A stretch of DNA of 63,622 bases, counting the filler, from Chrysochromulina tobinii (Eukaryota): the NCBI GenBank assembly GCA_001275005.1. It is 6 parts of 6 records of this genome, joined end to end, with 100 filler letters (N's around TTAATTAATTAA, not from the genome) between each part and the next. Parts side by side here need not be neighbours in the genome. Positions count along the whole stretch, not along the records: positions 1 to 14,404 come from JWZX01001086.1; 5 more parts are not named here. One strand, written 5' to 3'. The position numbers and the translations under genes were made by a program. This document shows, one piece after another, positions 1 through 11,600 of this stretch (its first letter is position 1; every line of letters begins with the position of its first letter). Under the pieces are notes generated by a model, which saw nothing but the letters and a program-made list of their open reading frames with translations, searched no databases and had not been told where the DNA came from.

Positions 1-69
1 GGGAGGGGAGGATGAGTGAAGGGGGGGGAGGGGGGAGTGGTCATCAACGAGATGGCCATCTCGAGACTG

Positions 70-1560
70 ACCTCCCGAAGGCATAGATCGAGGAGGAGGG
101 CGAGAGGGCCGCCTGGACGGCGGTCCGCATCGAGTCCGCCTCGGTCCCAAATCGCCGAGCGTACCTAATTAGGGAGGGGAACGGGCGCCGTGGTGATCAC
201 TTGCATGCATCGGTCCGCATCGAGTCCGCCTCGGTCCCAAAAGTGCCGTGCGTACCAGCCAGCATCCGTCGCCACCAGACCATAGCCCGCGCTCGAAGGT
301 GGAGGCGACGTGCTGTGGCAGGTGGAGGCGACGGTGGTGATGCACTCAGTGACAGTCCACGGAGCCATCAGGAGTCCATCAGGAGTCCATCAGAGGCCAT
401 CAGGAGTCCATCAGAGGCCATCAGAGGCCATCAGAGGCCATCAGAGGCGCTCACCTGTGGCAGGTGGAGGCGACGGCGATCGCCGTGGGTGAGCAACGAC
501 TCAATTGTTGATAGCCACGCTCGCCCACCCCCATAGGGACGCCAGCCGCGCCGCCCATGAGCATGGCGCCCGTCAGCTGCTGCTGACTCAGCGCGCCACC
601 ATAGAGGCCCTCGCGGCTGCCCGCATGCAACGGAGCGCATGCATGCAGGCTCATCTCCCCATGCATGCGGCTGCATGGCCTCGAACGGTCCCTCGATGCA
701 TGCACGCTCCCCGGGCGCGAATTGTTGGGCGTCGCCGGGAGCGACGAGTCGACGCCCTGCGGGAACGCGGACCATGGCGGCGCGCCCGCATTCCAGCTCA
801 GCACGGCGCTCGGAGCCACGCAGACAGACGCCGTGCTGAGCGCCGCCGTGCTGAGCGCCGCCGTGCTGCAGCACGGCGCTAGCAAGGCGGCGCCGTTGAC
901 CGCAGAGCGGGCGGCGACAAAGGTGGCGCCGCCGAGAGCAGGACCATCCGCGCCGCCGCCAGCACTGGCGCTGCCAGCCGCGTGCGTCCCAATGGAGCCT
1001 GGCGCGGCCGCGGTGCGCATGCTGCCGCTGCGCGGACGAGCCGCGTCGCTCGAGGGCGTGGCACCGTCGAGCCCTCCTGCGCCAGCGTATCCCACCTGCG
1101 TCAGCGTGACGGACTGCGGCGGTCGGTCGATGAAGCCACGCGTGTGCCCGGGCGTGCTCGGGCGGCTGTGCGGCGGCGCGCTTGGCGGCGTCATCGTCGG
1201 CCTGCCCTCGCCAGACGCCGGCCTCGAAGCCGCCGCCGTCCGGTCGGTCAGCGGGCCCATGAGGCCAACCTTTTCGCGCGAGCTGGGCCGGAGGAGCTGC
1301 GCGTCGCCGTACTGCGTGAGCGATGCGCTGTGCGCCTCGTACGACAGCCCTTCGCTCCACCCGGGAGAAAGGCCGCTCTCCTTGCGTGGCAGTAGCGTGC
1401 CGCGCTCCGCCTCGGGCGGCAACATCCAGCGCGGCTTGGCCGGCCACGGCTTGGGCGGCCTGCCCGTCCGCCAACCGCCGCCGCTCGGATCGGCGCCCGG
1501 CTTGTGCGCCGGCCTCACGATGAGTGCGCCCACGAGCTCCGGCTGCGAGAGGAGCACCAT
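70..1560 (-). CDS. Hypothetical low-complexity protein, multi-exon, continues off the left edge
   Basis: ORF 451..1590 (ATG at 1560, MVLLSQPE...) continues through GT-AG introns at 454-313 and 255-165 into ...GWYARRFGTEADSMRTAVQAALSPSSSIYAFG. No recognisable domain; the frame after the introns is inferred. Confidence 0.45.
364..448 (-). repeat. Intronic 10-11 bp minisatellite (CCTCTGATGG / CTCCTGATGGA on the sense strand)
   Basis: Tandem ccatcagagg/ccatcaggagt units on the + strand, inside intron 313-454. Confidence 0.9.
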
Positions 1561-2105
1561 CGGGCACGGCGAAACACAGGAGTGCGCCACCCTGGCGAAA
1601 CCGACGTCTCATTCACGATGAGACAAGTCAAGTCAACGTGACCGATCCAGGGATCTATACACAGGCTCACTAACCAACGGTCTGCACTCGCGAGTGAGAC
1701 TCTCGAGGGAGAGTGCTTCATGTACCTATCTTATGTACATGTACGAGTATGAACAAATTGTTGTGTGTCTCTTAACCGCGCGGATCAGTCGCAGAGACGT
1801 GTTTTTGTTCGCGCGATAAGAGGTTGCGATTCACACGCCAAAGTTTTTGTTCACAGCCGCTTCGCAAATGAATTTCTAGCTGATCTCGCCAGGCAAGGTG
1901 CGCAATGCTCACCGCGATCACCACGGCGAACGTCGCGCCTCCAGAGTGCCAGGCTGCTCGAAGCGGCAGCTTTCGAGCTCGCCTGTCAGGCCCGGTGCTC
2001 AGGCAGCCTGCCGCGTGCTGCGGAAGGGAGTGCTGCGTCCGATGCACTTGGCGTTGCCGGCGCTGACGCCAGTCCCCTGCCTTTCCGTGCTCTCAGACCG
2101 GTGCA

Positions 2106-2754
2106 ATGTTCAAGCTCGTCGTCGCCGTGGGCATTGGCCTCGCTTCGGCCTTCAATGCGCCCGCCTCCATGCAGCAGCTGACGCGCGCGTCGGTCTCGAC
2201 GTCATCCAACGTTGAGATGTTCTTCAAGGCCGGCGGCGCGCCCAAGAAGGGCGCGCTGCAGGGCTTCAAGGGCGTGCGCCCCCTCTCGCCCAAATCCAAC
2301 TGTGCGCGCCACGCCCGCTCCCGGGGACACGTGGGCGGCGGCGCGCGAGCAGCGTCGCGGCGGCCCGAGCGGGCCGTGCGCACCAAGCCCACTCCTCAAG
2401 TGGCGCTCCCCGCTGACCCGTGCCCATCTGTGTTGCCTGTCCGGCGCAGACCCGTCGACAAGCAACATTCAAAAGCAGGCCAACGGCTTCGGCTCGTTCG
2501 TGCAGAAGTTCCAGAAAGCTTCGGGCAAGTCCAAGTACGGCGTGCCTATCTTCCTGCCCAACGGCAACGTCAACCCCGCGTACCTCGCGGCAGAGCGCGC
2601 GGAGGCCCGTGCGCAGTCGACGAAAAACACAAAGGCGGCGGAGGCCAAGCGCAAGAGCCTGATCAGCAAGAAGTCGTTCGAGCTGGCGGACTACGTGCGC
2701 AAGAAGGTCGGCGAGGTGGGCTCGGGCAAGGACTACTACCAGAGCGGCCGCTAA
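2106..2754 (+). CDS. Plastid-targeted hypothetical protein, 2 exons
   Basis: MFKLVVAVGIGLASAF signal peptide with ASAF cleavage motif, then a Ser/Thr/Ala-rich transit peptide. Exon 2 (acceptor at 2449) reads DPSTSNIQKQ...KYGVPIFLPNGNVNPAYLAAER...YYQSGR*. Phase requires a GC donor at 2251 or 2272. Confidence 0.7.
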
Positions 2755-3663
2755 ATCGCTCGACACGGCGCCTTGCTCAGGCGGGGCGGCGAGGATTGCT
2801 CGCGCTGGTCGCTAACGCTCACGCCCCTGCAGTGGCGGGTCGCAAATGGTGACCGTCAGAGCCCTCCCCTCTTCCCTCGTCCAAGACTCATGAACGAGAG
2901 GAGAGGAGACGCCTCGTGCTCGGGAACTTGCTCGCGCCTTTCCTTCCAAACCGACACATGTACGCGCGGCGGCGACGGCGGCACTTTGGTGCGGTGGAGG
3001 AGACGGTCTCGCGTAGTGAACATCTCGTGACTCTGTAGCAGAAAGGGTTGACTTTGGACTGACACAAACCCCCTGAGGCGCACACGCGAGACGCGACACA
3101 CGGGTCACCGCGCTGATCGGCCGTGGAGGGCCCCGGCACCGGCTGGGGCTCGGACGTCCGGCGCGCGCTGGCGCACGGCACCGGCCGTCGAGACACGTCT
3201 CACCTGACAGACGGTACCTGTGTGACTGCCAAGGGAAGGACGGTACCCGCCCGAACGAGATGGGCATGCACGGCATCGGCGACGCCGGTTCGGTTCGCAC
3301 GCGCGACCCGACCTCACAGCCGAATTCCACCGCGAGACACCGCCGCGTCCGCCGGTGATGAACGACCCGGAACACGGGAACAGTTACAGTATTGCCGGTG
3401 ACTCTGTAGTACCAAGTACAGAGCTCGGCTAGTTTATTCCACCTCTCCTCTCGACTGTTGCCGCGGTTGCCTATGTTCTCCGCGGGCAGGCTGCAAACTC
3501 TCGTGTCTCGATGCGCGCGGCCCTCCCGGTATCGCGCCCGGTTTGATTTCACGGTTGTGTGCGCGCACCGGTGGCCGCGAGCGTGCGCCAGCCGCGCTCC
3601 AACTCTCCTCGCCCGCATGGTCGCGCGCCTTCGCCTGCGCATCGCATCCCCCATCTCGCACTC

Positions 3664-4241
3664 TCAGGCCGCCATATCGCCCATGGGCATCGTCAAGCCC
3701 ACGCTCGTGATGCCGTCGCGTGATGACCCCGTAGCCATGGTGCGGAGCGGGAAGGAGGCGGTGTAGAGCGTGAGGCGATCGTCGCTCTGCAGGTTGAACT
3801 GCACGTCGGCAGTATCGATATTCACGTACCTGCGGACGGCGGCGCGGAGCGTGAGAGGAGTGCAAGGCGGCGGCGGGCAGGTGGCAGGTTGGTGAGGTGG
3901 CTGCCAGATTACTTGGCGACGACCTGCTGGATCTCATCCCGGATCTTGCGGAGCGTGATCTCATCGAGGCCGGTGCGGTCATGCGCGAGCACCACCTTGA
4001 GCCGGCTCGCCGCCGTCCCGCCGGCGGCGCCCTCGGTTCCGCGCCTGCTCTTGCTCGTGGCAATTTGACGGTCGTACAGCACGCCGGTGAGGAAGTCCAT
4101 CAGACCCATGTTCACGACGGGCGTGCGCACGAAGGCAGCGGGGAAAGCGGCGGCGTGGCTCGGCCGCGCGGGCGCATGGGCGCCGAGCACGAGCGCGGAG
4201 GCGGCCGAGACGTGGAGCAGCAGAGCAAGAGCAGCCGCCAT
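3664..4241 (-). CDS. minE: Plastid division site determinant MinE, nucleus-encoded with bipartite targeting peptide; intron 3912-3830
   Basis: AASRLKVVLAHDRTGLDEITLRKIRDEIQQVVAK|YVNIDTADVQFNL matches the MinE consensus (AKxRLxxxLAHDR...LR.EI..VV.KYV.ID). GT-AG intron restores the KYV motif. N-terminal hydrophobic signal peptide. Confidence 0.88.
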
Positions 4242-4416
4242 TGGAATCGGCGGACGGCACGCGCGTGTGCGAAATCAAGTCGACGAAACTCCCGTCCCAC
4301 GAACTAAACGAAGCGAAAAGACTCTTAGAAACCCCTTCACGGGAAACTACTGTTCATGTTGTTACAAGATGGCAGGCAATTGACTTGACAAACTTTTGTC
4401 AATGGCTTGCACCACA

Positions 4417-5916
4417 ATGCCGATCTCTCCCGAGTCACGCAAGCCGCTGCACACGCAAGTGCAGAACCTGCGCGAGGAGCGGATCAACCTGCTGGAGACG
4501 GTGCGCGCGCTCCGCGAGGACAAGGACAATCTGCGTGTCCAGCTCGCCGCCGCCTCGCGCCGCATCTCCGAGCTCGACGCCAAGGTGGATGACGGCGACA
4601 TGAAGCGCGCGAGCCTGCAAGACGAGTGCAACGCGATCCGGCAGACGTCGCAGATGCACGAGACCATCGCCAGCCAACTGCGCGGCGAGGCCACGGCCTG
4701 GCAGGCACGCCTCACGCACACTGAGTCCGAGCACTCACGGCGGACGCTGGCCCACGAGCGCGACTTCAAGCAGGCGGAGGACAAGTGGGCGCAGGAGCGG
4801 TACCAGATGATGAGCGAGCTGCTCGCGGCGCAGGCGGAGAAGCGTTCCGCCGAGGAGAACTGGCGCATGCTCGCCGCCGAGTCCTCCCGCAGCAAGCAAC
4901 TGCTTGAGGCGCAGCGCGACGACGCGATGCACCGGTGCGCCCGTGCGGAGCAGTCGCTGGCGCTGGCGATGCAGGAGAAGGCGGTCCTGGCGGAGCAGCT
5001 GTCGCACACGGCGAACCGGGCCAGCGAGGAGCGCTTCGTCCTCGAGCATCAGCGCGGCGAGGCTGAGAAGCGCGCTGCCGAAGCCATTCGACGCGCCGAG
5101 GAAGTTCGGAGATCCGAGGAGATTCGGAGGGCAGAGGAGGTGACGCGAGCTCGTGAGAATGAGGTGGCGCAGGCGCGCCAGCGGCTCGAGTATGAGCGCA
5201 CGAAGGCGAACGAGGCGCTCGCGCAGGTCACTCATGAGAAACGACAGGCGGAGGCACGTCTCTCTGTGGAACGGGTGGCGGCAGAGGCGGCGCAATCCCT
5301 CGCGCGTCGTGAAGCGGCTCTGCGATCGCAAATGGAGTCGGCCGAGTGGGCGCTGGGCAACCGCATCGCCGCTGCGCACGCCGCGGCCGCTGCCAGCCGC
5401 GGCTCGTCGCCACCGCCCCGCTACTCGCCGCCGCTGTCCAACAGCCCAACCAACCTCTACTCAACAATGTCGTCCCCGTCGCCTTACGCACCCCCTGCAT
5501 ACGCACCCCCATCCCCGTACGTGCCCCCGCCGCCGTACGTGTCCCCGCCGCCGTATGTGCCGCCGCCGCCGCCGCCGCCGCCGCCGCCTTCGGGTTATGC
5601 TGTCGCGAGCCCCCACCTAGCGCGGGCGGAGTCCAGGCTGGCGGCGGCCGCGGCGTCGTTGAACTCGTCGCGGCAAGCCGCAGCCCAGTCCTCGGTTTCG
5701 TCAGGCTCGCCAACTCCCTTCTCGCCGCCGCCGCGCTTCACTCCGCCGCCGCCGCGTTTCACTCCGGAGGGCGCCGCCCCCTCATTTCCACAGCCGTCGA
5801 CGCCGACGCCGCCCGGCAGCGCTGCTGCGGGCCTCTATGCGTCGCTCCGCGATCCGCTCACTGGCAGCGTGATCCGCGATCGCGTGCGCGTGCCGAGCAC
5901 GTCGTATGGATACTGA
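4417..5916 (+). CDS. Coiled-coil protein with Pro/Tyr-rich C-terminus
   Basis: Long uninterrupted ORF, E/R/A/Q-rich heptads, then PPPYVPPP repeats; divergent from minE across about 175 bp. Confidence 0.75.
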   Translation: MPISPESRKPLHTQVQNLREERINLLETVRALREDKDNLRVQLAAASRRISELDAKVDDGDMKRASLQDECNAIRQTSQMHETIASQLRGEATAWQARLTHTESEHSRRTLAHERDFKQAEDKWAQERYQMMSELLAAQAEKRSAEENWRMLAAESSRSKQLLEAQRDDAMHRCARAEQSLALAMQEKAVLAEQLSHTANRASEERFVLEHQRGEAEKRAAEAIRRAEEVRRSEEIRRAEEVTRARENEVAQARQRLEYERTKANEALAQVTHEKRQAEARLSVERVAAEAAQSLARREAALRSQMESAEWALGNRIAAAHAAAAASRGSSPPPRYSPPLSNSPTNLYSTMSSPSPYAPPAYAPPSPYVPPPPYVSPPPYVPPPPPPPPPPSGYAVASPHLARAESRLAAAAASLNSSRQAAAQSSVSSGSPTPFSPPPRFTPPPPRFTPEGAAPSFPQPSTPTPPGSAAAGLYASLRDPLTGSVIRDRVRVPSTSYGY

Positions 5917-6753
5917 ACGACATAACGGAATGCCTACACCACAACGAACGATTGAGGAATGGGACTCATAGTACATGTACAACTGCAGTGGTTACGTGGC
6001 GGGAGCGCGCGGCACGGTCGGCCTGTCAGTTCGCCGCGCCGGAGCCTCAGCCTGCCCGGGTGGGACGGCTCCGTACGCCTTGTCAACAGTGTATAGTGTG
6101 ACGTCGGTTAGTGTGTATATGCAATATTGGGTACCCTATTGCCACTTTTAATAGCCAAGCTCGCTTCCGTTCGTTCGCAACTGCGTTCCGTGGCACTTCA
6201 TTTGTATGACGCCCATTATTTCGCCTACGTATCGCCGTATAGTTTGAGGACCGGAAACTTGAGAGCGGCGGGATCGCGCCGCCGATACATCGGACGTAGC
6301 CGGCGTGTGGAGCGCATAGTTTGCATAGAGTCGACTTCGCTCGACTCCGAGACGCCTCCGCTCATAGCCTAAGCTCCTGTGCTCTTCTGTCGCTCCTCGT
6401 CCCTCAAATCAAAAATCCGCACAAACGCGCGGCCGCGGGCCGGGGGCGGGGGGCGGGCCGCCCCCGGCACGCGCCGGACCGTACCCGGTACCCGGGCCGG
6501 CGGCGCGAGATCGGACGCTGCAGCGATTGCCTGAACAGTTTAACTTTACGGAATGTTATTAAGAACCGATGGCGCGCGGAGGTGGGGCGCTTAGTGGAGA
6601 GACGCTCGGCGCTCTGTGTGACCAGATTGTGTGGTGTGGCCGCGTGGCAGCATGGCACTCCAACTCGCAACTGCCAACTCCCATCTCCACTGCGCACCCA
6701 GGCTCTCGTTTGCTGAGGACAGATGCGAGAAGCAGCAGCGGAGGATATTCAAC

Positions 6754-8230
6754 CTAAGCCGCCTCGTCGAGAAACCATCTCCACCCCCTCGCGCGTATTC
6801 GCTCGCGCCTGCTCGCCCCGTCGTCGTGATGGAGCTTTTCAGGCACCGCGCACTCGGGCCTGCGGCACCACGGCGGCTGCTCCTTGCCGGGCACCATCGC
6901 CGAGGCCGGCCAGTTCATGCAGCCGGCGTGCATGTGGTTGCTAGCAGGCACAGGCGCGCCTCGAAACGGCGGCTGCCGTTCGAGAAACCACAGGTGGAGC
7001 GACTCGCGAAGGTTGATGGAGTCGTTGACGCTGCCCGGCCGCAGCGTAGCGCCCGTGTTGAGGAGCCCCGAGGTTGTCGGGCAGTGGTCGTAGCAGCTGT
7101 GCGTAAAGGTGCCATAGCCAGGCCGCCGCAGCGCACGGCTCTCGCGGAGCGCCGCGTCGTTGGCCTCCTCGTACGAGCGGAGCGCCCGCCACTGCTCCGG
7201 CGAGCATCGACTGCTCGGCTTGAGCGGCGCCATCCAGCCGAGACACCGGCGCCACTCTGGCGTGGAGCAGTTGAGCTCGAAGTAGCGCGAGCGCCCCGCG
7301 GCGAGGATGCAATTCGTCTGCCACAGGTCGAGCCGGGACTGGAAGATGAATGCTGGCACGTCAGCAGGCAATGCCTCGACCAGCCCGAGCCCGAGGAGGC
7401 AGCGCCACGCGTCGCTCGTAGCAGCGCAGCCCGCTGGGAGCGCAACGTTGCCGAGACGTGCGATCGCCCGCACCTGCTCTTCAAATGGCGTGAGGTTGTC
7501 GTGAGTTTGTTGCGGACGGCCCGCGCTGAGCGCAGCGAGGCTCGTCGGCGACGACGACTGTGGCGGCTGCACGCTTGGGAAGAAGACACCTGCCATACTT
7601 GCCACCTTGAAGCGCTCGAGGCGAGCACCCGCAGTGCGCAGTTGCAGCCGGATGCGCTCCGCGTTGAGGAGCGCGGCCATGCCGCCCGCGCTGCACCCGG
7701 CGACGAGCACGCTCTTCGCGTCGCCAAGCCCAAAGCGGGCGATAAGCGTGCCGATGACTGCCCGAAGGATGGCTTGTCCAGACGAATGGAGCGGCGGCGG
7801 CGGCGGCGCGGCCGACGACGCCGCTCCGACAACGGGAGCCGGGGCGGCGATGGTTGCATCTCCCGAGAACGCATGGCCGTCACAGCTCTTGAGGTAGACT
7901 CGATGGAAGCGGCAAAACTTGGTGCAGAAGCAGCACTTGTTGACGACGCCGCCGATGTGGATCTGCCCCTCCTTCTTGTCCCAATCCTTTGAGGAGCCGG
8001 CACGCGTCTCGGCGCGCACGGCACAGTCCTCTGGCGACCAGCACCATCCACCTCCCTCAAAGTGCAGCAACCAGCTCTGATTGTTGAGTATGCCCGCCGC
8101 ATGCTCCAGCTTCGTTGGCTTGACCGTCGCGACGGCTGGCATGTAATAGAAGCCATAGCGCGAGCCGTCGAGGCACGTGGCGCCAGCGTCAGCCAGCTCA
8201 TGGTAGGTCCACGAGCCGGGCTGGCACGAG
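6754..8230 (-). CDS. Pectin acetylesterase / Notum-family carboxylesterase (true start uncertain; ORF open to 8499)
   Basis: ATCLDGS-YGFYY, WLLHFEGGGWC, YLKSCDG-FSGD, nucleophile motif GCSAGG, DLWQ, HSCYDHC. Confidence 0.88.
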
Positions 8231-8635
8231 CCAAAGTTGCGTTCCGGGAGGAGGGAGCCGAGGCATGACTGTGACGAGTGCCGCTTGCAAGGCGAGCGCC
8301 GCTCGCGGTCTTGGTCGGTGGCGGTCCTGGTCGATGGCGCGCGCGCGTGCGTGCGTGCGTGCGCGCGCGCGCGGCGCTCGCCACTCGGTCGTCGGCTCGC
8401 GCACGCCCGCCGAAAGCCGTTACAGCCGATACCGTTTCCCGAGCCGCTGTGCGCTCGTACACCGATTGGAATCGAGACGTAATTTGTGATGCGCGGCACT
8501 CGAGCGCTGTACTTACATGATCTTGACTTGGATTCCCCCCCTTCGCAAGAAGTCCGACGTGATGACCAACGAAACCTTGATTTCTTCGGGACTCTTTGCT
8601 TCTGATCATCAAGAGAAAATGTGCCCGAAACTCAG

Positions 8636-11600
8636 ATGCGAGGATCTTTCTGCGAAGCCTGTACGATGTTCTCGCAGGGACCCGCGTCATCAGCGGCACC
8701 GCCTGCGGCGCACCGGCCAACGAACGACGTTGCGGGCGCGTGGCTGCTGGTGACAACGCAGCCACCCCATCTGATCGTGGCTGTCTCGCCCGAGTGGCTC
8801 CAGTTGGCCGGATACGTCGAGAGCGACGTCACCGGCCGTTCGGCCGCTCTGCTGCATGGCTCCGGCACCTGCCTGGTGACGACTGGCGCGCTCTGGACGG
8901 CCGTGCAGGTTCGACTTGCTGCCCGCACATCGAACTCGCGCCTGGCACACCAGCGGGCCCCGCAGGCCCTGTGCTTTCTCAAACCGAGCCCTGGCAGTCC
9001 GACCTCGTCGTCGATGCGCTCTCTCGAGCATGCCACTCTCTGACTGCCCTTCGCCTGGTCGCGACGCTGGGCTGACTGACTGAGCGTTGCCTGCGCGTTG
9101 CGTGTGCCCTGCGCAGAGCTGCACCGCCTGCACTGCCAGCCTGGTCGCGTACCGCAAGAACGGGACGCCAGCGCTCGTGACGATCGAAGCGCGGCCGATG
9201 GCAGACCGTTCGCTCTCGTGGCTTCGGTTCGTCTTCGGCGAGACGCCGACGGCGCCGCCCCCGCCGCCCGACCAGCAGGCCGCCGACGTCGCCGGCGCCA
9301 GCGGCGGCATGCGTCCCAGGCACGGCGGCGCGACTCTCTCAGCCCTTGCTGGCCGAGCCTCAGGCAGCGGCGCCAGCGTCGGCGCCGCGGCGCCGTATCG
9401 AGCAGGTGGTGAGGGGGCGGCCCCGGCGGCGGCGGCGCCCGCGGCCGTCGCCGCGGCTGCCGCGTCGCGCGCGTACGTTGCGACCGAGGCGTACGCTCCC
9501 TGGCGCATCCTCTCTTCGAATGCCGCCTTCTGCCGGCTGGTCGGCCACTCCGAGTCTTCTCTTCTCGGTGCGTCCTTTGACATGTTGGTGGGTCCTTTGA
9601 CGGACCTGGCGACCCTGGCGAGCCTGCGGCAGGCGGGCGCGCTTCGGCACCAGATGGCCGTTCGGCTCGTAGCGTATGACGCACAGCGCATCCCCTTCGT
9701 GCTGACCCTTCACATGTCACCCATCCTGCAAGTGGCCACGATGAGTGGCGGCGCGGGAGGCGGCGCCGATGGGACGGGGGCGGCGTGGGGGGGCGTGGCG
9801 CCCTCTGCCGGAACGACGACGAGCACCGCCGCGACCATCACGCTGCTCTTCTGCGCCTCTCGCTCGGAGATCTCGCGCTCCGAGATCTCGGTGCCGGAGA
9901 TCGCGACGGGCGTCGGAGTGCTCGATGCCGCAGCCGAGGCGGCCGTTGGCCATGCTGGCGGTGCTCGCGACGGCGCCACGCCACGCGAGCTACTGTCGGA
10001 GCCCTGCCATGGGCATCAGTCGATGATGGCGATCCTGTCCATGGCCGAGGCGATGGGCTCGGCGGTCGTGCGCTCGCAATCGTCCTCGCAGCAGCCTGCC
10101 CTGCCTTCGTACGCGCTGCCGCCGGCGCCGTCGCTCGCCCGACAAGGTCCCGACGGCGCCGTCGACGGCGCCCCGGCCTCCGTGTCCGCGTCTGAGCTCA
10201 TGCCGCCGCCCCCACCACGCCTCCCCGGCGGCGAGTCGGCCAACGGGGCCCAGTGCGCGGACGAGGGCTCCTTGACGAACCTGACGAACCTGACGAACCT
10301 GGGCACGGCCGGCCGGAACCCCTCGCCCCCGCTCGGCGACTCGCCGCCGCCCGACCCCTCCCCGTCCGACGCGTCGCCCCCTTCGGATGGCGCCCAGGAC
10401 GACGCGCCGTGCGCCTCCATGGCGCCGCCGCCGCCGCCGTCGCACCCCCCGTCGTCGTCGTCGCACACAAAGGGCGCCCACGGCGGCGGCGCCGTCTCTG
10501 GCACCGCGTTCGGCGTCTCGTCCTGCGCGATGCGACGCACCCAGGGCAGCGTCGTCTCGGGCACTACCGAGACCACCGAGACGCTCTCTTCGGTGCCGAG
10601 CTGCTCGTCGAAAGACGGCTCTCATCAGTCCTCGGGCGGCAGTGCGTCGGGCGGCAGTGCCTCGCACCGCAGCTGCAGCTGCCACAGCAGCAGTAGCGGC
10701 AACTCGTGCCACAGCAGCCGCGGCGGACTGGCCAATGCCCTGGGCAATAGCTCGCACGAGAGCGCGTCGGGTGGCAGCGCCTCGGGTGGCAGCGCGTCGG
10801 GTGGCTCGCATGATTGCGGATCGAATCAGGACGCGGGCTCGACTCGCGAGATGGAATCTGGGATGGAATCTGGCTCGGGATCCAATGACGCGGGCAGCAA
10901 CGACGCGCGCAACGACGCGGGCAGCAACGACACACGTAGCAACGACGCGCGCAGCAACGACGCGCGCAGCAACGACGCGCGCAGCAACGACGCGGGCAGC
11001 AACGACGCGCGCAGCAACGACGCAGGCAGCAACGACGCGCGCAGCAATGATGCGGGCAGCAATGACGCGGGCAGCAACGACGCGGATTCGAACGACGCGG
11101 GCAGCAATGACGGCGGCGACAGCGGCGGTGCGGCGTACTCGCCCATCCTGAGCGAGGGCGGAGGCGGCGGCGACGCGACAAGGGCGGCGGCATGGTCCCA
11201 TATGAGGCAAGCCACGTCCTCGGCGGCGGCGGCGGCGGCGGCGGCGACGGACCGCGACGGCGCGGGGGGTGTCCCGAGAGGCGTCGTCGCGAGTGGTTGG
11301 GAGGCCGCGTCGTCCCGGGCGACGAAGCGTCAACGGCCGCCCACGACGGCGCCGAGCATCGAGGGAGGCGCCGTCGTGGGCGTCGACGCCGCAGGCCGCA
11401 GCAGCAGCAGAGAATCCGAGGCCATTCGCCAAAAGTGCGGCCGATCCGATGGCGCGCAGACGGCGGGTTCGGCTTCTTCGCGAAGCTCAAGCGTCGTCTC
11501 AAGCGCCCTCCGAGGCAGTCAGAGCCCATCATCTTCAGGCACTCAGCCAGACCGAAACCTGAGTACCTCCGTCATCAAGGAGAGCATCATGGAGCTCGCG

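Noticed and set aside
8780..9720. LOV photoreceptor / aureochrome call for the PAS protein
   Set aside because: Neither PAS domain has the NCRFLQ flavin-adduct cysteine, and no bZIP basic region is evident.
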